A program made the translations under genes and the position numbers. A stretch of 63,982 bases of DNA, filler included, from Squatina squatina (lineage: Eukaryota): NCBI GenBank assembly GCA_031763465.1. It is 3 parts of 2 records of this genome, joined end to end, with 100 filler letters (N's around TTAATTAATTAA, not from the genome) between each part and the next. Parts side by side here need not be neighbours in the genome. Positions count along the whole stretch, not along the records: positions 1 to 22,594 come from JARFOE010000192.1; positions 22,695 to 49,998 come from JARFOE010000001.1; 1 more part is not named here. One strand, given 5' to 3'. The notes beneath the pieces were generated by a model. It was not told the origin of the DNA and made no database searches. It worked only from the letters and a program-made list of their open reading frames with translations. Of the stretch, positions 12,428-23,760 are shown one piece after another (positions within the stretch are counted from its first letter, which is position 1; the number at the start of each line of letters is the position of its first letter).

Positions 12428-15400
12428 NNNNNNNNNNNNNNNNNNNNNNNNNNNNNNNNNNNNNNNNNNNNNNNNNNNNNNNNNNNNNNNNNNNNNNNNN
12501 NNNNNNNNNNNNNNNNNNNNNNNNNNNCCTGAGCATTAATTGCGGCTTGTTAGATAGTTTTCAAGTAAAAGCTTTCTCACCATTCACATCAACTGCGATC
12601 TGAATTCAAAGCTTATGATCTGCCCCAATGAAAAGATTATTCCAGTGTATCTCAGAGACAGGCCTCATTTTTTTTTTTTTACATTAATTATGTATTGCTA
12701 AGACGCCCTCTAGCCAGGATTATATCCGGTCACCTTCTGAGACTGGTCAATTAAATGATGGGTCAGTAATTCTGCCAAATTCCCTCTATTACCCTACCTA
12801 CAATTTATGGTAGCTCAGGTACTGCTGGAGTTTGAAGGAAACAGCGAAAATCTGCTGGTAACCCNNNNNNNNNNTTACTTCAAATCTTATTTACAAGAAC
12901 ATTGTTGTGGGAATACTAATTATTTCTGCTGATGATCTAAGTGGGAATTCCATTCACTCTCATATGACAATGTTACTTACAGAAATCAAAAATTACATGA
13001 GGAGTGGATGAAGTGGGTACCAGAAGTATTGCTAACAAAATTCCTGCCATTAGATAGGTACAGGTGAGGAAATCCATTCAGTGCAGCCTAGCTCATTCAA
13101 CAAGAAAAAACCCACAAAATTCCATGTTATGGTATGCAACGATTTTTTTAATATGATTTGGAGATTTCTGCCTCCGCTACCCCACTTGGAGTCTATTCCA
13201 TGTGTTGAAATTACCCCTGCTATTTTGCTGTGAAATAACACTGTTTCAGTACTTGTTCTCTTTCCCCTGCATCTCTACCATGAGAGCGGGAGAATCAGAG
13301 AGAGTGAGAGGAAGAAGGATAGAGGGATGGAAGAAGAGGTGGAAGGGAAGAGAGTGAGAGAAAGGGAACAGGAGGAGGAGGAATCCGTATGCACACAGAC
13401 ACAAGTACAGTAAAATGCAAAGTCATGGCTAACCTTAATTAGCATGAAACATAAAACTACAAACGCAATGCATATTGAATTTCAAACAACTGGTGCATTG
13501 TGAATTAGAATGCATCACTTTCTGCCTGTGCAATAAATCACATTTGATGACTTGACTGCTTTGTTGCTTCATATTTATGGAAATCTATTAAATTCATGAA
13601 CAGTATTGACACTGGGGTTGAACTGGGATGAATTAAACCTGAAAGGAAATGGACAGCTGGGACTGGAGTAAAAATATTGCTGACATTTTTTTTCACCCAT
13701 TACTAAAAATGGAGTTGTAAAACATTAGCCATATCAAGCTATTAGTAAAGCTGATTTTATGTCATAGATTAATAGTCTGATGAGACAGCACTGGCTCTGA
13801 TTATTTAAAAAGGCTAATATTGTTTCTTCCCTTTCAAACAATTTTTGAAAAATAGGACTTAAAATAAATCTCTCAGTTTTGATTTTGTAATGGGAGTTTC
13901 ACCATGCCGACTGGAATTTACTGGGATTCATTTTTTATCATAAAGTGGTGCCCTGAAACAATAAGTAAAGTGACTAGAATACAAATTTCATCTGGCGCCT
14001 GACCTCATGAAAACATTTTACTATGAATCACATACATAATATCCTTTATGCAGAGTCATGTTCCTCCCTCAGGAACATGTCAATCAATTATGCGTGTTTT
14101 TTGGTAGTCCAGCCCTCCCGTGAATTTGTGAATGATTGGCAAGAGTAGCACAGATCACAAAGCTTTATTTTTCGACCAAAAAAGCAAAATAAAGGGTTAA
14201 CCCAGTAAGAAGGGCCAAGGTCGATCGTGCAGGACCAAGATTGAAAGGAGTAAAACAGAAAACAAAGTAAATCAGTAAGTAGTGGTTAGGTTGCGTTTTA
14301 AAATATTCATCAGTTCGTATAAATCTATAACCTTCTGCTTTTATGTAAAAACCTTAAGATTGGAGGAAGAAGGAAAGACAGAGAGATAAAGGGGCAAAAA
14401 ATGCAGGATAAAGGGGCAGATTTTTCTGTTCATGTGCCTACATGTATTGGATCACGTGGATACAGTGCATAAAGAAAAATTGAATGGGGAGGGCTGCAAG
14501 CACATAAAGAAGCTGACACAATTTGCCATCCATTAAATTAAATGAATGGAACATCTGATGAACCCTATTAGGGGCTTAAATTCCTCCTGTATAATTTTCC
14601 TCCATGAGCTGCACCCATGTGATCCAATATCCCCAAACTCAGGNNNNNNNNNNNNNNNNNNNNNNNNNNNNNNNNNNNNNNNNNNNNNNNNNNNNNNNNN
14701 NNNNNNNNNNNNNNNNNNNNNNNNNNNNNNNNNNNNNNNNNNNGGACTAATTGAATAGTCAATAATTAATAGTCAGGAGATAGATTTGTTTATAATTCAT
14801 CACAGACCTACTCAGTTCCTAAAAGTGGATAGCCTGCCAGAAGTCTAATAATCAAACCAAGGCAGCAAATCTGAGCCATTGCTTCTTATACATGGAACAT
14901 TGTAACTAAACTAAAAAAACACATATTGCTAAAAGATGTATACTGTAATGCCCATTGCATTAACATTTATATCTATTCTGCCCACTATTTTATGTCAATC
15001 AACTGTTTCAGAGTTGTATAGGTTACATTCAATTCATCCCCTCAGTCTTACACAGGGATGCGCATAAGGTTGTGTAATACATAAAATCCCTTAGCTTTAA
15101 TGTAATAGTCGGTCTGATACTATTCATTCTGAAACTGTATTACAGTTGTTCAACTGAGGACACAAAACCAAAACAGTAGTGACACTCAGTGCTCGGTTAA
15201 CCGAAAGCAGACCGGACACAATATATGATCCTTCTCATAATTAACAAAGTAGCTGAGCTTATACACAGTATAGCCCAGTTAATGCACAGTCTGCAGTACT
15301 TTCAAAGAAAGTGGTGGTCAAATACAGCAGTACTTGCTAATACTTGTCACTTTCAGAAAAGATGGTTTAACAAAAAGCTACTTCTTAAAAGGACTGAGGC

Positions 15401-18400
15401 AAAATAAAATATATGATTAAGTACACATACCTTTGAATCTGGATAACTTGGATATAGATGCTTCATTCTCCAGTTGAAGGTAGAGAGTCAGTCTTAAGAA
15501 TAGCTTAATTAAATGTCAGAGCTTCACTTTTTAACTTTATTAATACAGAGAATTTAGATGGCAGCCTTAGTATAAATTTAGATGCAGCTTAGCATTAACC
15601 TTTGAGTAGGTTATTTCTTAAAGTTATTTAGCAAGAGAGAATAATCCTCTGAAGTCACTGCAGCTGTGAGGCCAGTGAACTTTTTGAAATCATATTTTTA
15701 TCAATCCTATTCCAGTTTACACTTACTGGAAAAGTATCCTGCATTGTGCACTACTTTAAAAGAAAGCATCATTGTGCATAGGAGAAGCTTTCATTTCTTC
15801 CTCTCCCTCCACCCGTGCAGCTTCCCTAGTTCCCTAATGATCCCACCACTCATTTTAAACATGAACCTGAATCATTGTGCTGCTGAAAAGATTCAATTTA
15901 ATGTATTAAAGAAGGGTACAGATGCTGCGTGAGACGGCTGTGGCTGCAGTAATCACATTGTTATCATTGTATTAGAGCTCTTGAACAATTCAAGAGCAGG
16001 GCATGAATAGTCAATGTGATTGGACTTTAGGAATTAGAGCTCAAAGTAATTTAAAATTTAGATCTTCCACCTGGATCAGTAAAATGTGAAAGATAACAAC
16101 TAGGAAAGTGGGCAATATAAACATCCACAGAACAACCAAAAACATGATAAATCATGCATATATGCCTTACCCCTAATCATCATAGAATCAGATAACCTCC
16201 AACAACCATCAGGACTCGAACATAAAACTGGAAGCAACACTTACATTCACTTTGCTGCATATGCCGATATCAGAAAGCTGTTGGTGACCTACAAAGTTTT
16301 GCTAGGTTAGAAAAAAAATGCCAGTTATGTACAAGTGCAGAAATAAGAAATCCATTTAACACACAAAGCATTGCTTTCTGACCTGGACAAATATATAAGA
16401 ATCTTAATGATCATTAAGAAAAACATAGGGTTATTCATAAATCCATATCAACTCTGTTTAGATCTATTTTGTTTATTTTTATGTGCTTAGTGATAAATTT
16501 TATTTTTATTTTTAGGTATACATGATGGGGTATCAATTTTTTTAGGGTGCAATTAAAGTTATAAACTTTACATAATAAAGATTTGCTCTGATTGCAGTTA
16601 CAGTATTTACAATATCCTGTATTCAAGAATTCAAACAAACCACACCTACCAGCAACAGATCAGTTGGTAATGTCACTGTATTGATTAGCTGTAGTACTTA
16701 GTTTCAAGGGCTTATGAGTGGCAATGAGAAAGTAATCATCCATCAATTTACACCAAACCAATCCATCGAAACACTTACAAAAAATGTAAGATTGAGATTG
16801 CTAATGGTCTGCTATTCAAGAGTTAACTCTAAGTTACTAAAAGCTTTGGGGATAGCAAAGTCAGCCGGTTTACATGTGGTTTTGTTCTTTGTAGATTGTG
16901 GGTTAAAGTTGGACTCCATCTCCCATAAAGCAAGCCAATNNNNNNNNNNNNNNNNNNNNNNNNNNNNNNNNNNNNNNNNNNNNNNNNNNNNNNNNNNNNN
17001 NNNNNNNNNNNNNNNNNNNNNNNNNNNNNNNNNNNNNNNCATGAAACCTATGGATTTGTATTTTAAAATGGCATGTCATTGACATACTTTTCTGTTACAA
17101 CTTACTTTCCATTTCACTTCTGATCTCGGCATTAGAATACTGCTCACAGAAACAAAACAAGAAATATGATTCAATATTTTACTTCAATATAAAAAGTGTT
17201 GCACATGAAAATTCCAGAAGAATTTGTATAAAAAAGTTATTAAAAAACTCATCAGAACAGTGTTATACATATTTATCTAGTAATCTTTTACATAACCCAA
17301 AACCTACATTGCACCTGTGACTTTATACATAATAAACATTCCCAAATGGAACAAAAATATTCAGAAACAAAGTTTCATCTAATTACAAGCATTCACAGAA
17401 AAAAAACATGCCGTTTTTCACTATGAATAATCATATGTACATAGCTATAACCTCTGCCAGTCTAGGGACTGGGGGACTCAACACAATATGTACATTGTTA
17501 TTTTCTGTATAACTTTGGGCTTGCTTATCCAACAGCTTAAAAACAAATATATCAGGGCACACAGGCACAAAAAATACCGCATTAAACAATGTGTGGTCTG
17601 AGGTGAAATGGGACAATTTTCAAATGGTTACTTTGCATTTGTAAGTAAATCTGTGGTCAGATGAACTCCAGCCAAATAATTTTTAAAATCACAAGTTCCA
17701 GATTTTTATTATTATACCATACAAGTGCCTGGTATTTGTAAGTGCAGTATAAATAGAAATACCACTTGGAATGATAGGGTACTTGGAAATAATTTAAANN
17801 NNNNNNNNNNNNNNNNNNNNNNNNNNNNNNNNNNNNNNNNNNNNNNNNNNNNNNNNNNNNNNNNNNNNNNNNNNNNNNNNNNNNNNNNNNNNNNNNNNGT
17901 TTGAAATACACTGAAGTCTCAATATATCAAAGTCTGAGGTACCTGGCAAAACTTCAAAATATCAAGACTTTGACGATACAAAAATTCCTGCTTCTGGTCT
18001 AGACTCACTGATCTGCACTCGCAGGTTGCTTGTATTTGCTACAGGGTAGAGGTATTTAGTATTCATGAATCTCACCTAACATCAATGCTGTTGCAGTGCC
18101 ATACTTTGACTTCAGTGCTGGTCTGCCAGTCTCTTTTCTTCATTCTCCGACTCCTTGTCAGCGTACAATATGCCATCCTCCCATGTCTGACTCTACGCAG
18201 CATAGAAGAGTCAGTGTGATACTGGGAGTTTGAACAGTTAGTGCTATGCTATCCTGCTGAGTTTGTATTAGATTCATCTGTTTGAATTTGCAGGGGCCCA
18301 GTAACGTAAGAAACATCTGCTCTCAACGTTGCTTCTTCGCAAGTGGATTTTAGAACACATGCTGACCAGCAATTAGGCAAGATAAGCAGACCGGAACTGT

Positions 18401-19133
18401 AGTTGACGTTTGATCAGNNNNNNNNNNNNNNNNNNNNNNNNNNNNNNNNNNNNNNNNNNNNNNNNNNNNNNNNNNNNNNNNNNNNNNNNNNNNNNNNNNN
18501 NNNNNNNNNNNNNNNNNTATCCTAGACCTGAAATATGTTCGTTACTGTATAACCATGAATAACTATCCAATGGATCGCTTGTAAATGCCCCATTAATAAT
18601 GTAAAAACCAATGTACGATTCTTAATTTTTTTTTACATTACAAAAGAATAAGAAATGTTTATACCTGATCATTAGTTGGCTAATTTTCTTCATTCAATCT
18701 GTAATCTGTCTGCTTCTAGTGTTTAGTTTCTTGAAATAAATTGTTCACTTAAAAAAAGAACCTTTTGTTATATATGTTGCACTAGCTGATCATGTAATTT
18801 TAAACTTGGGAACGGTTGAGAATTGGAAATTCCATGTTATTTGTGAAAGATTAGTATTATTACTTTTTTAAAGATGAAAATACAAGAGTGTGATACACTG
18901 GACTAAAAAGTAATTTCCAATCACATTAACTATTAAGTCTTGCAACAGAATCATTAATGTATTGGGAGCTGAAGATACAATGAGCAAAAGAACAATATTT
19001 TGTTTTGCATACATTAACTAAGCATTGGCTTTTTAAGGAGTTTTCATTAGGAAGCTTAATTTTAGAAAGAGAGAGAAAAGGAAAGAGCATCTTCTACTGT
19101 AGTATAGTAATAGAACTGGCTGCATATGTTTAC

Positions 19134-20725
19134 CTTATTGCCACTCAATTCACAAATCACTTCTTTCTCTTCATCGCGTAATACTGGGAGCTGAGGAATA
19201 TTCCCAACAAAGACATGGCTGCGAATAACAGGAAGTAGATCAAAACAGGATTTAGTAATTTTCCTTAAGGCACTGGCTACAGTCTCTTCAATTGAATTAA
19301 CAGGTTCATGAGACTGGCAGAAAAGTTCAAGTCCAGCTTTACTTCCAGTTTTCTGTTCTACTTGACCATTATAAAGTGGTTTGGTTGTGTCTGCAACATT
19401 TACAGTCAAGGATTCTTTTGGGGTGATTAAATCAGCAGTATTATCTCCATGCTGATTGTTTTCTGTTTTCAGTCTTTTAGTATTTCCTGCTCCATCGTCT
19501 TCTGCAGTTCTTTTGGCAGCCATTTGGTCTTGTTTGGGTCTATCCATGGTATTCGAAGAGCCAGCAGCAACCAGCTGCTGCTGCTCCAAATCTTTTGCGT
19601 GTCCGTCGGTTTTTGTGCCTTCAGACCTGGAATTGCTTCCTGCTTTCACAAATGCAGTTGCAGTTGAATTGATTGCTTTGAACCCCATGATTTGGTTCAC
19701 AGCCCCAGCTTGGTTATCACCATCTGCAGGACCACGCATGCTGAGCTGGACATTTCCACGGAGAATATTTAAAGTTCTTGCACGGGCAGAGAGGTTGGGA
19801 TACATGGCATCCAAAATCTTTACAGAGTTCTCCTGAGGTAAAGTTGAACCTGCAGTTGCTGATGCAGACTGAGGTAGTCTCCCAGGCACAGGAACAGCAT
19901 GTTTTGGGGTCGCAGTGCAAAACTGTAATGGAGAGGACTGAATTCTCTCATTTCTTGCAAATTCTAATGGGGATGGTGATAACGTTGATGGAGACTTTTG
20001 TTGAGCATGATCAAACAGAGGTGAAATTGAAGCAGCGTTTGGGGTCTCCTTTGAAGGAGAAGCCAAATCATCTACAGGGGAACACAAGGAGGTTACACTA
20101 GATGTTGTAATAAGAGGGGATATCGGTCTTGTAGCTCTTGCAGTTCTTGGAGGTGTGGCTACAAGTGGTGGCAGCAGAGGTGGCAGGGGTTGTCCCATTT
20201 CTAACATCACTTGATGGATTTCTTGCGTGCACAATACTGGAGCAGAAGTGTCAGCATTGGCTAGTACAGGTGGATTGTTCGGATTTGAACCTCTGTTCCT
20301 TCTTAAAACTACACGACTTTTATAGGCAGACTGTGGTTTTGACTTTTGTAAACCGCCATCTTGCTGCACATCTCCATGTTCTTCAATCACAGCACGTGCT
20401 AAACTTCTACACACTTGTGTTTTTCTGTTTTTTGCAATCTTTCTGGAGGTCTGCTCACATTCTGAAGTTCCAAATGACTCCATATTCACTGAATTACCAA
20501 CAGTACTTTCAAATAATACCTCTTTTTCATGCAATGCTGCGGAGTGAACGGGTCGCTGAAGGTCTGAAGCAACATCAGGAAGTGATGGGTTCCGCAGATC
20601 ACAATAACTAGATCGTCTCTTTGCTTTTAACATTCCTATTTTACCTCCTTCAATAACGTCCATCTGAGGAACAGACTCAGGAGCAGCTAACAGATCATTG
20701 CTGGTATAAAGCACAGTTTGTGAAC
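19134..20725 (-). CDS. ICE1: Interactor of little elongation complex ELL subunit 1, 3' part of the large central exon (5' part in gap)
   Basis: Long ORF with ICE1-typical motifs: VLANADTSAP, EMGQPLPPLLPPLVATPP, SSPLQFCTATPKHAVPVPGRLP, QENSVKILDAMYPNLSARARTLNILRGN, FDLLPVIRSHVFVGNI..PVLRDEEKEV. Donor AAG|GTAAAC at 19134/19133. Confidence 0.93.
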
Positions 20726-21134
20726 NNNNNNNNNNNNNNNNNNNNNNNNNNNNNNNNNNNNNNNNNNNNNNNNNNNNNNNNNNNNNNNNNNNNNNNNNNN
20801 NNNNNNNNNNNNNNNNNNNNNNNNNCATGAGGGAGAAAACAGAAGGCTATGTTGATAGGCTATGAAGTAAATAGATGGGAGGAAGCGCGTGTGGAGTCTG
20901 CCTTCCCTTCCCTGTACCCCCAGGTCCTCTGCTTTGCCCAACTTGATTCTCCTCTCTCCTTTGTCCCTGAACTACATCACAGGAGATCAACTACTAAACA
21001 ATAAATTCCATCAAACATGCAGCTTTATAAGAGAGAGGGAATATGCGAAAGGGACCACAGGGAAGGTTTTAAATTTCTGAAATCAAAGAACATGTCTGAG
21101 TACACTACGTTTATCGTGCTTCAATAAAGGATAT

Positions 21135-21169
21135 CATCACACTTTTTCTGGTATTCTGTGAGAACATGG
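21135..21169 (-). CDS. ICE1: ICE1 35-nt N-terminal exon followed by an AT-AC-type donor
   Basis: tctctttccAG|C CAT GTT CTC ACA GAA TAC CAG AAA AAG TGT GAT G|ATATCCTTT = HVLTEYQKKCD, matching the ICE1 N-terminal coiled coil (NLLTEYQKKCDE). Confidence 0.88.
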
Positions 21170-21228
21170 CTGGAAAGAGAAAAGAAACATTTGACTGTTA
21201 GATAAAATATTTCCACCAGTCTTTCAAC

Positions 21229-21565
21229 AAGAACAACAACTTGCATATTTTTATAGTGCCTTTTAACGTAGTAAAACATCCCAAGACGCTTCACAGGAGC
21301 ATTAACAAAATTTGACACCGAGCCACATAAGGAGATATTAAGCCAGAAGACCAAAAGCTTGGATAAAGAGGCAGGGTTTTAAGGAGCATTTTGAAGAAGG
21401 AGAGGTAGAGGGGCAGAGGCGCTTTGTGAGATTAGGCCCTAAACAACAGAAGACACAGCCGCCAATGGTGCAGCAATTAAAATCGGGGATGCACAAGAGG
21501 CCAGAATTGAAGGAGTACAGAGATCTCGAAAGGTTGTAGGGCTGGAGGACACTAGAGATAGGGAG
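21229..21565 (-). mobile_element. L2-clade LINE/SINE 3' end
   Basis: aacaacaacttgcatattt..atagtgccttttaacgtag..catcccaagacgcttcacagg tail; degenerate translation LQPYNLSRSLYSFNSGLLCIP..TIGG..F, typical of the L2 ORF2 C-terminus. Confidence 0.7.
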
Positions 21566-22638
21566 NNNNNNNNNNNNNNNNNNNNNNNNNNNNNNNNNNN
21601 NNNNNNNNNNNNNNNNNNNNNNNNNNNNNNNNNNNNNNNNNNNNNNNNNNNNNNNNNNNNNNNNNATGTTGCATGCCTTACCCTGGCGCCATTGGTGTTC
21701 CCAGACAAGAGGCTTTAGTGCCACCGAGATGCAATGCCCAATTGCGCAAACCACTAAAATTTAGCTTTTGCACCCGGGTAGCGCCACTGTTCAGTGTTAG
21801 CACTGGTCTAAAGCAGACCAATTGGGCCCCCTGAATTTTTCCCCCAATATTTTTCATTCAGTGTACCAATGTTCTTGTTAACCCAGAGGAGTTCAGAGAT
21901 ATCTAACTCTTTGATCCTATGTTATGTTTTTTAACAATCCTTCAGACACTATTATTTTTGTGGGGGGAAGGGAGATGCTGAAAATTCTGATAATATATTT
22001 TCAAAATCTGATTGTTTATCCTTACTATTTCTATAACGAAAGGCAATTCATGTTACAGTAAAATAGGACACTTAAAAAATCTCTGATAATTGACAGCCAC
22101 TCTTTCAAATCCATAAGTATGAAAATGTTGAGGCAACAACCTTATCAAGTGTATCACAGTGCTGACAGAAATACTTCCTCAGTAAGTCACTAAGAGGCGC
22201 TGTCTCTCCATTATATTCTGTTTCTTATTTGGATTTCAAAATCGTGTTAAATAACAGTCATTTTTAGAATTAGAGAATAATTACAGTATCAGTTTAATTT
22301 AGAAAATATACGAGAACAATAGACTGCTTGATCCAGATCCATTAATAATTATGAAGTTTTACTTTATATCATGCTGATTAAAAGTAATGCCAATGAAGAG
22401 CAAAAAACTATCATAGTTGGTATTTATCCAGGAAATGTTAAGAAGAAACTGATGCCCTTTTTCATGTTGTTTGAAGCCATGGGAACGCATTTCAGGCAAG
22501 AAGCATCTAAAGCTCTGTTCAGTGCAGTAAACACAACTCTGATGGGAGTCCATTAATGGTAACTTGTTTAGAAGTGCACTGTTCCAGACCCAATNNNNNN
22601 NNNNNNNNNNNNNNNNNNNNNNNNNNNNNNNNNNNNNN

Positions 22639-22650
22639 TTAATTAATTAA
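22639..22650. other. Artificial scaffold linker TTAATTAATTAA inside an N gap
   Basis: A 12-mer with stops in all six frames, centred in 44 N + 44 N. Synteny switches across it from ICE1 to GABRB1. Confidence 0.95.
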
Positions 22651-22885
22651 NNNNNNNNNNNNNNNNNNNNNNNNNNNNNNNNNNNNNNNNNNNNGGGATG
22701 TCTCTGGAAGAGGCTCGTTACATTTGGCCAAGGCACTGTTTTGAATGTCATTACACTTTCTGATCTATGCTCATCACCTTAATGCAAATCTGAGCCACGC
22801 TGTCGTTCCCGCTGAAGAGAATTCAGCAAACAGGGATTTAAGACCTTGTGATTCAATTAGCATAATAGCAACCCTGTAATCATTT

Positions 22886-22906
22886 GAGAGAGAGAGAGAG
22901 AGAGAG
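22886..22906. repeat. (GA)n microsatellite upstream of GABRB1
   Basis: Direct reading: gagagagagagagagagagag. Confidence 0.9.
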
Positions 22907-22998
22907 GGGGGAGAAATACCTTTAAGGATCTGATCGTTTGACTATTTTGCAAGGGAAATTGTTTCCACAGCAAACAGTCTATCTGATGTTGTGGAAGC

Positions 22999-23016
22999 TG
23001 CGCGCATGCGTTGCGC
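22999..23016. promoter_or_regulatory. NRF-1-like GC palindrome in the GABRB1 core promoter/5' region
   Basis: TGCGCGCATGCGTTGCGC resembles the NRF-1 consensus YGCGCAYGCGCR and lies about 80-100 nt upstream of the GABRB1 ATG. Confidence 0.55.
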
Positions 23017-23097
23017 CTCGGAATTATTGTACTGCCTTGGACTAAGTTGCTTTCCTAGAATCTTCGCTCAAAGACCTTTCTATAATCAAAGTTAGGA

Positions 23098-23177
23098 ATG
23101 TGGCGAGTTCAAGACAGAGGATGCTTCGGAATTTTGTCGATCCCCGTGATGGTGGCCATGGTTTGCTATGCACAGAG
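23098..23177 (+). CDS. GABRB1: GABA-A receptor beta-1, exon 1 (signal peptide)
   Basis: MWRVQDRGCFGILSIPVMVAMVCYAQ(S), similar to beta1 [27 protein letters not shown]; 80 nt, donor AG|GTGAGC. Confidence 0.88.
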
Positions 23178-23470
23178 GTGAGCTCTGATCTCTAACCATT
23201 CCTGTACTGGAGATGTCCCTGTACATCCAAATATGCAAGGGACACAGGTATAGACAGGATTTCTCTCCTTTCCTTGCATTCATGAATGTAATAGCATCAA
23301 TTAGACGTTCATAGTCTCAAGTAAAAAAGCAGTATCTAAAGTGAGGTAGAAATATGCAGAAATGCAAGTANNNNNNNNNNNNNNNNNNNNNNNNNNNNNN
23401 NNNNNNNNNNNNNNNNNNNNNNNNNNNNNNNNNNNNNNNNNNNNNNNNNNNNNNNNNNNNNNNNNNNNNN

Positions 23471-23489
23471 TTAAGACCAGATTTCGGAG
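23471..23489 (+). CDS. GABRB1: GABRB1 exon 2, 3' end only (rest in gap)
   Basis: TTA AGA CCA GAT TTC GGA G|GTAAAT = LRPDFG(G). Confidence 0.85.
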
Positions 23490-23692
23490 GTAAATCATCT
23501 CCTCTCGGTATAGTTCCATATATCTATGTGCAGTTCCTATTCTCCACCAGTCAGTAGCTAACTAAACAAGACTTACTGTACAAAGAATAACTAGAGCAGT
23601 GCAACGTCTACTGCCCGTGGCGATGAGCAACAATGTTGTTTTAAAAAGTGGATTGCAATATCGCAAGTAGATAATGTATTGTTTACCTCAAG

Positions 23693-23760
23693 GTCTCCCT
23701 GTGGACGTTGGTATGAGCATAGACATTGCCAGCATAGACATGGTCTCTGAAGTCAATATG
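23693..23760 (+). CDS. GABRB1: GABRB1 exon 3
   Basis: AG|..(G)LPVDVGMSIDIASIDMVSEVNM|GTGAGT, 68 nt. Confidence 0.93.

Noticed and set aside
15977-15997. Perfect 9-bp hairpin GCTCTTGAA-CAA-TTCAAGAGC
   Set aside because: A stem this short is expected by chance in 64 kb; it is too short for a pre-miRNA and has no supporting context.
18518-18760. Possible additional ICE1 C-terminal exons (AG/GT-like sites)
   Set aside because: The translations do not match the ICE1 C-terminal domain as I know it.
19449-20611. Several plus-strand ORFs of 70-157 aa
   Set aside because: They are antisense shadows of the ICE1 large exon.
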